Below, in pieces: positions 41,311-52,462 of a stretch of DNA of 64,000 bases. This DNA comes from Octopus sinensis (lineage: Eukaryota), in contig NC_042998.1 in NCBI RefSeq assembly GCF_006345805.1, positions 59,086,001-59,150,000 on the forward strand. The letters are read 5' to 3'. Position 1 is the first letter of the stretch, and each line of letters begins with the position of its first letter. The translations under genes and the position numbers were made by a program. The notes beneath the pieces are model-generated. The model was not told the origin of the DNA and did not search any database. It worked only from the letters and a program-made list of their open reading frames with translations.

Positions 41311-42169
41311 AAAGTGTGATACGCATCATCCCCCAACTGCTTCTCATTCTCAGTTCATCAAGCTGAAGCAACGAGGAATGAAGTGTCTTGCTCAAGAACG
41401 AAACACACTGTTCTATTCAAAAACCAAGCGTCAAGATCATAAAGAGCCTTAAGACCGTAAACAACTTTAAGATCGTAAACCCAACACCATAATCACTGGA
41501 TTGCCATCTATAGAGATATATGTTTGCAAGTTGCTATACTTGGGAAATGTTATATCATCCAATCTTATAAACAAAATCAATTTTATCGTGTTGTCCTCCC
41601 CGACGCTACAAAGTTTTCGCCAAACCAGTCCTATGGTGTTCTCAATGAAGATAGATTTTCGAATGAATTCGACTCCCCAATTGATTTGTTTTGCTATTAT
41701 ATTACATCTCTTTGGCAGGCATTTAAGTATGAGTGTTTACATATTTGTTTATTTTGCTTCTTGTTACTAACATATAAACACATGTGTGTGTGTTCGCGCG
41801 CACGCTAATGCTGCTGTATTTCAGTAGGTTTTAATAGTATTGTATCTTTATTCTTGTTGTAGTGGGGTATGACTATAGTGGCGTTGATACACCAGCCTTT
41901 CTTAATATTGAATAAGTTTGGGATCTGATTCTAATATTTTTATATCCTATAGTAATCTGTCTTAATTTTTTCTTTTGTTTCATGATAGGATGTCTGGAAA
42001 AAATGATTCTTTGAGCCTTTTTAAAAGATCCATTGTGTTTCTATTTCCTTATCATTTTCTCACTAGTGACTCGTAAGCATTTCACTTTAACTGCCGATCA
42101 TTTCTAATTAAATAAGTTGAGATGGTGCTACTAGATTAATTTCCATACATCTAATGTGATAAAGTTAAT

Positions 42170-44200
42170 TCCAAGCTGTGCGGTTTATCTGTGGACATTC
42201 TTGGCATTTGTGAGATGGGTTGGACAGGTTTTGATTGTATTATATCAGAAGGATTTACGATCCTGTATCCTGACATAGAGCGCCATCATACGTTTAGAGT
42301 TGGCATTATTTTGACCAAGAAAAAGGCCGCGAGCTAGCCGAATCGTTAGCACGTCGGACAAACTGCTTAGCGTCATTTCATTCGTCTTTGCGTTCTGAGA
42401 TCAAATGCCGCCGAGGTCGACTTTGCCCTTCATCCTTTTGGGGTCGATAAATTAAGTACCATTCATGGACTGGGGTCAATGTGATCGACCTACCGCTCCC
42501 AACAAATTTCAGGCTTTGTATCTATAATAGAAACGATTATTTTGAGCAAGGAAAAGTCGGCGAACTGACCGAATCGTTAGCACGTCGGGTAAAATGCTTA
42601 GCGCTATTTCGTCCGTCTCAGCGGTCTGAGTTCAAATGCCACCAAGGTCGATAAAATAAGTACCAGTTAAACACAGGGGTTGATGTAATCGATTTACCCC
42701 CACCCCACTGAAATTTCTGCCCTTGTACCAAAATTTGAAATCATTATTTTGAGCAAGGAGGCGACTGTTGAATTGGTTGACTGATAGCCAACAAAGGAGC
42801 GGATTATGACAGCACGGCTTCAAACCAGAGACGAGAAAGTTATCATGATTCAGGTGTATGCAAAAACTGAAACTGAAAGTGTAGGAAACGATGAGAAAGA
42901 TTACTTCTATGACCACCTCCAGGCGGTGCTTAAAGAAACACCAAGTTGTGTTCTCAAGCTTGTCATTGGTGTCATTTGTTTTTCAGTGCACAATTGGACT
43001 GTGAGAGACGGGGTATGCCGAGTAAGGCAGGGACTCATGGCAATGCGAATGAAACTAACCACAACGAAGAAAGAATTCTGTCACTGGTTGGTGCTCTGTG
43101 ACTCAGTATTGTGGAAAACATTTCAACTCAAGAATATCCACAAGATAACATGGACTTCCCTAGATAGCGAAACCAAAAACGAGATAGACTACATCTGTCC
43201 TAGGAGACGATGGCGACCATCTTTACTGGATGTTCGTAGTTATAGGGGCCAGATGTTGGATCGGATCACAACCTTGTTGCCGGAAATGTGCAAATCTATC
43301 ATTATTTTTCAGCTTCTATATATGAACTCGTAGTGTTGCGTAAAGATGAGCAGTGAACTCATCGATATGTTCGAAATTGCTACAGGAATGAGAGAGTGTT
43401 GCATCTTGTTGCCGTTCCTGTACCCGAGAAGAATCGATTTGTTCATGCAGAAAGTGATGGATAGCATCCGTTTTGGAAAAACGCTGAGATAGGGCAAACT
43501 GATGGATCTGGATTTCGCGGTCGAGTTGTTACTACTACGCTCGGTAGGAGATACGCTGTAAACCATGACTGCTAACCTATATAGTTTGGGGACAAAAGAT
43601 GGGCTGCGGATTAGCACTGAGAAGACCAAAGCTAGATTAATTGGTGGAACCCTTAGCCTACTCTTTCATAACGCGTCAATCTCGGACGATACAAAATCCA
43701 TTACGTCGGTAAGCTTAAATATTTCGGAAGGTGTATTTCCGACCTAAGTGATGCATAATTTGAGGTCAATACCAAGATAGACAAAGTGACGTCAGTATTC
43801 TAGTAACTTTATCCAATATGGAGATGGAAGGCGATCAGCAAGCTACAGCTAGACTCAATTATTGTTATAAAAACAGTCATGCATCTCTTACTAGGACAGA
43901 GTGAGGAACAAAGTGATGAGAAGAGCTGATATGGGAAGTTTTCAGGACATGGCGGATAGAGTTTACTGGCCATGCGCTTCGATTAGCGCTGGAAAGACAT
44001 GTTACTATAGTGATGGAGGGTGGAAGGGGAAACACAACCAAATGAAAGACGAAGGAAGATATGGCGAAATACGTTTCTGGGACAACATAAAAGAGATAGC
44101 AGTCGGTCTGTGTATGACTCAGAGAAAAGCGAACAGTCGGGGTGCTGGAGAATCCTCGTTGCCCGTTATGCTGACAGACCTGGAGAGTCTAATAGCTAAA
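42170..44200 (+). mobile_element. Old RTE-type LINE remnant, interrupted by two SINEs
   Basis: APE fragments VDILGICEMGWTG..GIILT (about 42185-42320), then IQVYAKTE..EKDYFYDHLQ and HKITWTS..KNEIDYI, and the RT tail GLRISTEKTK. Confidence 0.75.
42326..42750 (+). mobile_element. Two tandem family-B SINEs
   Basis: Heads cgagctagccgaatcgttagcacg and cgaactgaccgaatcgttagcacg, each followed by the family-B core. Confidence 0.85.
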
Positions 44201-45420
44201 CGGACATACATGCATATATAAATATACCCGTGTGGAGGCGGGTATGTTCAATAATAGCAGAATTACATGTTGTTGCAAGTCTTTTACGTTCAAATCATAC
44301 CAGAGGCAAATTTTTATTTTATGATCCCCAGATTTATCAAATAAATATTAGTTAAATAGACAGAAAAACATTAGCTATCTTTATCCTGTCAGAGATAAGA
44401 GTAGGCTAAGGTTCGCTATCCACTGTGGTGATACTTACCTACACTATCTTGCTGCCTTATGGATGAAATCAATACGACCATGGTTATGAGCACACTGTAC
44501 ATACGAACAGACTGCAATTTCTGATAGGTAGGATTTCTGGAGACGTCCTGTAAATGGGAGAAAATACGAATCATCTTGGATCAACTTTGCTTCTGGATCA
44601 TTCTCATTCACAGCGAAGATATGATTCTAGGAAATGCGCATCCTAAATTCACCATAAGGTTTCACTGAGCCTTTTTGTTTCAGCAATATGGGTAATGGAT
44701 ATTTGATATCAGAAGTGAGCGTTGTAGTTACTGAGGTCGTGGTATCACTCCGACTGTGGCGATAAAAGGCAGGCTGTTCTGTAGTTCCTTAGATTGTAGG
44801 CGTATACACCAAATGTAGCAACGGTAGTAGGTGTGAGCTATCTTAACCGTTTGTTGCTTCAAATTAAGAAGTAGAGTCAGCAAAGGAACTACAGTTTCAG
44901 TTAATCAATTTTCTTCCAGAACAGAATTGATTGAACAGACATGATATGCGGTTGTATTTTTAGGGTGTTTGGTTCGTGATGAAAAGGTTGTGGGTTTTAA
45001 GCCCGGACGAGGAGAGGCGTTTTCTTTGTATTTTGAGCACGACAATTATTTTACGTTACCTCAGCCCATTCAGCTGTACTGAATACCACTGAGGTGCTAA
45101 TGTTTCCTTCTCCTCCTTCAATTGTCATTTACTGGGTGTTCTGGGAGGGAGTCTATATCTACGCGCGATCATATAGGTACTCGGAACAAATAGTGAGAGC
45201 ATGGTACATGCTATTAAAGATATCCACTCGTGAGTGATATCAAGCTAATTTGAATTAGATATGGCAGCTGGTTGTTACGGGTCGAGGATACAAGGAAAGA
45301 TTTCCTAATTCATTCGAATTGCTCAGTTCTATTTAGAAAATGGTCATGCGAAATACACCGTCAAGTTTCTATATTACAATAAGAGTTATTGAACTTGAAT
45401 ATTTATAACATCACAGCTTA

Positions 45421-45528
45421 TTTTAGTAGCGATCATCAATAAATATGTAATACTAATTTTAGTATCGATCATCAATAATTATACAATACTAATTTTAGAA
45501 TCGATCATCAATAAATATACAATACTAA
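45421..45528. repeat. Minisatellite, 3 x 36 bp
   Basis: Unit ttttagta(g/t)cgatcatcaataaatat(g/a)(t/c)aatactaa repeated three times with no spacers. Confidence 0.9.
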
Positions 45529-45997
45529 TTGCCAGACAAAGAGGAAACAAAACAAAAATACCTCCAACTTTTGTGAGTCATTCTACATGAATATAAATAT
45601 CAATGGACCTACATTTTGAATCAAAGTCTTATCGATATGAGTTACCTCCCTTGCAAACGCATCGTAAGAGTAATTTCCCTTGTCGCACATGCATCAATTG
45701 TACATGGAATCGCGTTATGAATCGAAATTGAACATTCTTTGTATACTGTTAATAAATAAACAAGCAAATAAATAAATAAATAAATAAATAATTAAAGTAA
45801 TACTTTACTTATCCCTTAATTTTCTCCGGAGAGAACCCAATATATTTTCAACAGATATCACCATTATAACATTCTGGTTGATAACTGTAAGGAATTGCCA
45901 TTTCAAGAATTGCCACTGTGCCTGGCGAACATGTTGGTGATAAATAGATACCGCAGTGGATATGATCAAAACTTTCTATTTCAGAGAGTATTATATA

Positions 45998-46380
45998 GGC
46001 GCAGGAGTGGCTGTGTGGTAAGTAGCTTGCTAACCAACCACATGGTTCCGGGTTCAGTCCCACTGCGTGGCATCTTGGGCAAGTGTCTTCTGCTATAGCC
46101 CCGGGCCGACCAATGCCTTGTGAGTGGATTTGGTAGACGGAAACTGAAAGAAGCCTGTCGTATATATGTATATATATATGTATGTGTGTGTGTTTGTGTT
46201 TGTCCCCCTAGTATTGCTTGACAACCGATGCTGGTGTGTTTACGTCCCCGTAACTTAGCGGTTCGGCAAACGAGACCGATAGAATAAGTACTGGGCTTAC
46301 AAAGAATAAGTCCCGGGGTCGATTTGCTCGACTAAAGGTGGTGCTCCAGCATGGCCGCAGTCAAATGACTGAAACAATTA
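45998..46380 (+). mobile_element. Full-length family-A tRNA-derived SINE
   Basis: A-box-like TGGCTGTGTGG (46008-46018), B-box GGTTCAGTCCC (46051-46061), internal TA/TG tract, CR1-like tail at 46337-46375. Confidence 0.9.
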
Positions 46381-47070
46381 AAAGAGAGAAAAGAGAGAGA
46401 TACATTACAAAAGTTTATAAGTTACAGAGAACTTGTACACTTGGACTATTTAGTAGAAGCCAATGCAATTTATATATACTATTCGATAAATCTCTGTTAT
46501 ACCTTACACCTATAGTCTACATGTATATCGAAAGGACGCATGAACCTGGTGTAGGGTCAACGACTATCTAGAAATAGCACGGGCCCTCATAAATTCCGGG
46601 CTAGGAGAAAGGCATCCCATCAGCTTTTTGTTAAAGCATGCTACTAGGACAAGGTCAGTCTGATATAAAACCAGATATACAGGGAATGGCATTGAATACT
46701 TAGAGGATCATTTGCTTGCGCTGGAGTTCATGGTGCTGATACATTCCTGAATCTGTGATCCATATTGAAACTGGATACCTTGCTTTGGCTTATCTCTGAA
46801 TCATGTCAGTAGGGGGGAGAAGGTCAAGCCTTATTGGACCTAAAATTTTGGGGTTGTGCAAGACGATTTTCCAATGCCCGGACAAATTGAAGGGCACCGC
46901 GACGAGCATGGAGGATGGCGGTACGAATCTGGGTGAAGCCATCCGCGGGTGTAATAACCTCATTGCCGGACATTGTTAGCATTTTTCATGGGCAGTGGTC
47001 AGTGTTAGCCTTTCTCTTTCACGAGTGTTATGTATGTATGTATGTATGTATGTATGTATGTATGTATGTG

Positions 47071-47410
47071 TGCAGGTTTGTATATTTTTGCTTTATTTAT
47101 GTATTCTCATGCATATAGTTGCATATCTAGACATGCTCATATATATTAAAATGATAAACTTCTGGAAAGTTTCACAGATGTCTACGATTCCAGTGATAGA
47201 TTGGATCTGTAGTCTTCGAATTAGCTTTCTCTTTTCTGGTTTTGAGAAACCTAATTTCCCAAGATTGGTTTTTAGGCAGTTTGTTGCATATCCCAGGGCC
47301 CCAATAATTACAGGTATAAACATGAACTTGTAATCTGGATAGAGTAGCTGCAGATGTTTTAATAGTTCAGCATAGGTATTCTATTTTTCAGGTATTCTGA
47401 TCTTCAGGTA
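47071..47410 (-). mobile_element. RLE LINE 3' fragment (LYPDYKF family) ending in (TACA)n
   Basis: ORF 47093-47323 FIPVIIGALGYATNCLKTNLGKLGFSKPEKRKLIRRLQIQSITG. Confidence 0.82.
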
Positions 47411-47439
47411 TTTATGTATATATATGAAAGAAATTGCCG

Positions 47440-47790
47440 TATACAGTGCTCAGGTGCACTACAACTAAGATAAAAAGCCATCAGGTGTACTGTTGCGGGT
47501 TTCAGGAAGCACGGAAGTTTTGAATAATGTAATGTCTCGACAGTTAACGACTGATGCAGGTAGTTTATTTCATGCTTCAGCAATTCTGAGCGTGATAAAA
47601 TGTTTCCGAAAGTCATGGGTGCTGTGATGTTTTTTGGTTTTGTGAGAATGTCCACGAGTGTTTGACATATGGAATTTAAAAAAGGTCTCCAAGGTTGTTG
47701 TTTGAAAGATGGTGGATAATCTTGTGAGTGTCTACCAAGTCAGTTGCCAGACGTCTGAGCTTCATTATGTCTATGCTCGGGGAGGTAAGT
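47440..47790 (-). mobile_element. CR1-type LINE 3' coding fragment
   Basis: KLRRLATDLVDTHKIIHHL..NTRGH..DFRKHF.TLRIAEA*NKLPASVVNC on the minus strand. Confidence 0.7.
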
Positions 47791-48014
47791 CGTTCAGAGT
47801 ATGGTAGACCCAAGGCTCTTTCATTGGAATTTCAATAACATTAATAAAGTAATTTGTATGCATGTACGTATGTATGTATGTATGTATGTATGTATGTATG
47901 TATGTATGTATGTATGTATGTATGTATGTATGTATGTATGCATGTATGTATGTATGTATGTATGTATGTATGTATGTATGTATGTATGTATGCATGTATG
48001 TATGTATGTATGTA

Positions 48015-48395
48015 CGTACGCAAGTATGAATGTATATTACGTGCAGATATGTACGTTATCTTTTTTGTTTGTATTCTCATGTATATAACTGCATATCTAG
48101 ACACGCTCATATATATTTAAATGATACATTTCTGGTAAGTTTTATAGAATATTACAGTTCCCGTGATGTACTGGATTTGTAGTCTTCGAATCAGCTTTCT
48201 TTTTTCTGGTTATGAGAAGTCTAATTTCCCAAGATTGGTATTTAGGCAGTGTGTTACATATCCTAGTAGTCCCAATACTCTGGATAGAGTAACCGCAAAT
48301 TTCTAAATAGTTCAGCAGAAGCATTTTCTTTTTCCCTGATCTTTAGCTTTACGTTAACATCTGCTGGGCAGCTGATTTCCAGAACTCTGTGTCTA
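48015..48395 (-). mobile_element. Third LYPDYKF-family RLE LINE fragment ending in (TACA)n
   Basis: VLEISCPADVNVKLKIREKEN..AELFRNLRLLYPE; followed by a long (TATG)n on the plus strand at 47860-48015. Confidence 0.8.
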
Positions 48396-48586
48396 TCTTA
48401 CTATATATATTTATATATATATATACAAGATAAGAAGATGGGCCCATATAATACAGTAAAGGAATTGATTGCATCGAAATCATTAGCATTTATGTATTAA
48501 CTTTGTTGGGTACTTCACTAGCAGTATATTGGATATACGTTATCCCATAGAGGGTTGCATTTACACCCCCTATCTCAATTTGCAAC

Positions 48587-48668
<82 letters not shown>

Positions 48669-48925
48669 AGGGCTGTTCAGTGTCAATACGAAATTTTATT
48701 TTCCTTTCCATTAAAACAATACAACATTTGATAGAGATAATCTTTCTATAGTCAACAGGACGACAACGACATCACATTTTGTATATGACTGGGTATATTC
48801 CTGTGAGTGCATGTGTGTAAGTGTATGAGTGTGTATATGTCTCATACAGAGTGTGTCTTTACGCATTAGATACTCTATTAGACACGTACACATCTACACA
48901 TGCATATACATACATACATATATAT

Positions 48926-49017
<92 letters not shown>

Positions 49018-49084
49018 GGTCCCGGGTTGATTCGGGGTTAACCACAGTAAATAAGGTACTCAATACATAGCAGAGTAAAATTAA

Positions 49085-49211
49085 TTTATTATATAGAAGG
49101 AGCTTCTACAGGACTAGAACTGTTTCATTCAAGAGAAATCTTCAGGAAGCTTCCTGAAGATTTCTCTTGAATGAAACAGTTCTAGTCCTGTAGAAGCTCC
49201 TTCTATATAAT

Positions 49212-49214
<3 letters not shown>
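49085..49214. repeat. Perfect 130-bp palindrome
   Basis: Position p pairs with 98299-p, centre AAG|CTT at 49149/49150, first mismatch at 49084/49215. Confidence 0.95.
49148..49198 (+). ncRNA. Type I hammerhead ribozyme motif (mirror copy on minus strand at 49101-49151)
   Basis: Stem I agcttc/gaagct, CUGAAGA 49154-49160, stem II (U.U plus 3 bp), GAAA 49173-49176, stem III ACAG/CUGU, predicted cleavage after A49192. Confidence 0.78.
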
Positions 49215-49270
<56 letters not shown>

Positions 49271-49287
49271 GTGTGTATGTATGCATG

Positions 49288-49319
<32 letters not shown>

Positions 49320-49855
49320 AATATATATACATATATATGTATATATGTATATATGTATATATATATGTATATATGTATATATATATATACATATATACAT
49401 ATATACATATACATTTTTCTAGCATAACAATTTAAATATATTCTTTAACCATATAACACAAGCCTTTTGTAGTTTTTACACTCTATTTTATCTTATATAT
49501 ATCGACTTTCTCACTGGTCAAAAGAAATAAACAACACACACTTAAACATCCATTAATGTTACACCGTCTTAAGAAAATGAATCCATGAAGACGATCTACC
49601 CGATGTCCACGGATACTACGGACTGCACTGTAATCATCCCAGGAATACGGATCGTGATCTTAAGAGACATGTGACTTGCTGAAACGCGCGTAATAATGCA
49701 TTAGAATATTTATAAATTCCACCCAATGATTATTGTTATTATTACTCTGTGTGTGTATGTGTGTGTGTATAAGCAAAATTTAGATTATTTAAAATATGTT
49801 TTTAAAATAATTAAACTGTTAAAAGGTATATACACTAGTTACCGCGGAGAAAAAA

Positions 49856-49894
49856 GGGACTGAAGACGAGCATTGACTCAGAAACTAGTCTCTG
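49856..49894 (+). ncRNA. Minimal type I hammerhead motif with palindromic stem III
   Basis: gga-CUGAAGA-cgag cauuga cuca-GAA-ACUAGU-C-ucu; GUC cleavage triplet at 49888-49890. Confidence 0.65.
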
Positions 49895-50834
49895 TCTGCT
49901 GGCTTAGCTGGGTGGGGGTTCTTATCTTCCCCTTTTAAACATAATGACACAGGAAATGTGTCAAAGCTGACAGGAAGCGGTGCCGCTTTCTAGGGCTAAA
50001 TAGCAGTAGTATTATTCCCTTCATGGGCCTGTCACATTAAGTCGACATCATACAACTACATTATATATATGTGTGTGTGTGTGTATGTATATGTATATAT
50101 GTATTATGTAAGTATGCGTGAATGTATGTAAGATGTAATTTATATTTATATTTGAATTTATTTATATTCACTTATACATACTGTACTTATTGTATCTTAT
50201 TACTCATTGATGTACATTGTTTTGTTCTATATTATTATGTTTGACCTTAATTTTCATATGTAGTGGTTTAATAAATTATGTGATTGGGTATTATCTGGTA
50301 GGTGATTATTGATTAAGATGTATTTCTCCATTTCCTTATTTTGTATTATATATATATATGTATTTATGTATGTATTTATGTATGCATATATGTAAACATT
50401 GGCAAAGGCTTCCATTAGTATCATGTTAAAGTGACTCACTTTATCAAACCATTCACACAGAACATCCGTGTTCGTCCCTAAAGTACCAACTGTGATTTAA
50501 TACAAGTGTTTTAATCGAGAAAATGGAGACGAAGACTTATGTTCCATGTGACAGGCTTGATAAATGTTGGGGAGAACCCCAACTCTTACCATGCAACCAA
50601 TGGTAGCCGTAACCCATGAATAAATTTCTTTTATCCACCAGTGCGGTGTTGAGCACTAACCTTCAATAATCCATATTAATATTACACACACACACACACA
50701 CATACACACACACATAACTTCAACAGTATGCACGTATGGTGTGGTGCACGATAAGTTATTAGTGACTTAGAGGTTCAGTTATCGGTCCTACCTTAAAATC
50801 CTTCATATCACCACCTTATCATTATAACTATGCT

Positions 50835-51060
50835 AGAGAGTCAGTGTTCTGACAGTATCGTTAGCATGCCAGCAAATTCCTTTGCGGCATTTCGTCTGTC
50901 TTTACGTTCCGAGCTCAAATTCCACCGAAGTCTGCATTGCCATTCATCCTTTTGGGGTTTAATAAAAAATTTGTACTAGTCGAGCACTGGCGTCTATATA
51001 ATCTACTAACTCCACTCCCTTAAAATTTTAGGCCTTATGCCTATAGTTGAAAGGATTATT
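50835..51060 (+). mobile_element. Degenerate family-B SINE
   Basis: atcgttagcatgcc..gagctcaaattccaccgaag..catccttttgggg. Confidence 0.75.
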
Positions 51061-52001
51061 ACTATACAATAATTTGATTTTATTACCTCTCCGTTTGTGT
51101 TTGTAACATTTGAATGTTTTATGGTTAGCCTTCTATTTCATTTTATGCTCTTACTAATCTCTTCTATCTTATTTATCCTTCCGTTTACCTTTCTCTCTGT
51201 TTTGTTCATAGGTGACTAGTGATTTGTTATTACTATTCACTTGCTTTACAGCTTTAGTTTATTTGTATTTTGTATGAATGCATTTATATGCAACTTTAGC
51301 TTTGTATTTGTTGCTGGTGTACGCTAAATATGTGGTTTACTGATTGAAATACGAGTATATATAATGTATAAAAAGCAAGCATGTGTTTTTGTTTGGTTTT
51401 GTTTTTCAACACATATATATGTGCTTGAGTGTTTGTGTTAGCGTTAATGTTAATGTTTGTGTGTGTGAGAGAGAGAGAGAGAGAGTGTGTATGTGTGCGT
51501 GTGTGTGTGCAATTGTACTCGTGAAGGCTGTAATTTATAGCTTTATCTACTGTGAGTTCCATCATTAGAAACAATTTGTTTTATTCCATCGAAATTTCGG
51601 GATTCGTGTGGCCTAAACATCGTGTTTGTATATATAATTATAAGTTTTCACTCTATAACTTAACTATAGAAAATCGTCTAATACTGGGGTATGTAAACCG
51701 ACGTCGGCAAAAATGGGTATTAGTGTGCCACTTATACCTATTTGTTCCGTCCTGGGCTTACATGCCCCAATATTGATTCTTTTCTACAGTCAATATAAAC
51801 AGTGAAAACTTATAATTATATTTACAAAACGTTCACTCGTCACCACTTCTTAACTTACACACGCAAGCACACACACATACAGATACAGACAGACAGACAG
51901 ACTCACGTTAACATACACACATACGTATGCATATATGTGTGTGTGAGTGTGTGTGTGTATGTGCGCCTGTGAACATAGGCGCAGAGTGGCCGTGTGGTAA
52001 G

Positions 52002-52448
52002 TTGGCGAGCTGGCAGAAACGTTAGCACGCCGGACAAAATACATAGCGGTATTTCGTCTGCCGCTAAGTTCTGAGTTCAAATTCCGCCGAGGTCGACTTT
52101 GCATTTCATCATTTCGGGGTCGATAAATTAAGTACCAGTTACGCACTGGGGTCGATGTAATCAACATAATCCCTTTGTCTGTCTTTGTTTGTCTCCTCTA
52201 CCTTTAGCGCAGTGTGGGAAATAAAGAAATAAGAAACGTTAGCACGCCGGGCGAAATGCTTAGCCGTATTTCGTCTGCCGCTAAGTTCTGAGTTCAAATT
52301 CCGCCGAGGTCGACTTTGCCTTTCATCCTTTCAGGGTCGATAAATTAAGTATCAGCTAAGCACTGGGGTCGATGTAACCGACTTAATTCCCTTGTCTGTC
52401 CTTATTTGTCCCCTCTGTGTGTAGCCCCTTGTGGGCAGTAAAGAAATT
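52002..52448 (+). mobile_element. Two tandem family-B SINEs with Tx1-type tails, inserted in a family-A SINE head
   Basis: Preceded by the family-A head ataggcgcagagtggccgtgtggtaag (51975-52001) and followed by agaagctcgcttcc (52449-52462). Confidence 0.85.
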
Positions 52449-52462
52449 AGAAGCTCGCTTCC

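Noticed and set aside
44431-44440. ATACTTACCT, the U1 snRNA 5' end or a minus-strand splice donor
   Set aside because: No further U1 sequence follows and no convincing exon is attached.
45421-45528. 36-bp repeats as a CRISPR array
   Set aside because: Units are contiguous with no spacers, and the context is eukaryotic.
45639-45682. Two degenerate GAGT(T/A)A(C/T)(C/T)TCCCTTG motifs
   Set aside because: Only two short imperfect copies with no termini to define an element.
45998-46070. tRNA gene
   Set aside because: A and B boxes are present but it continues into a SINE body and tail, with no clean cloverleaf. The same applies to the other SINE heads.
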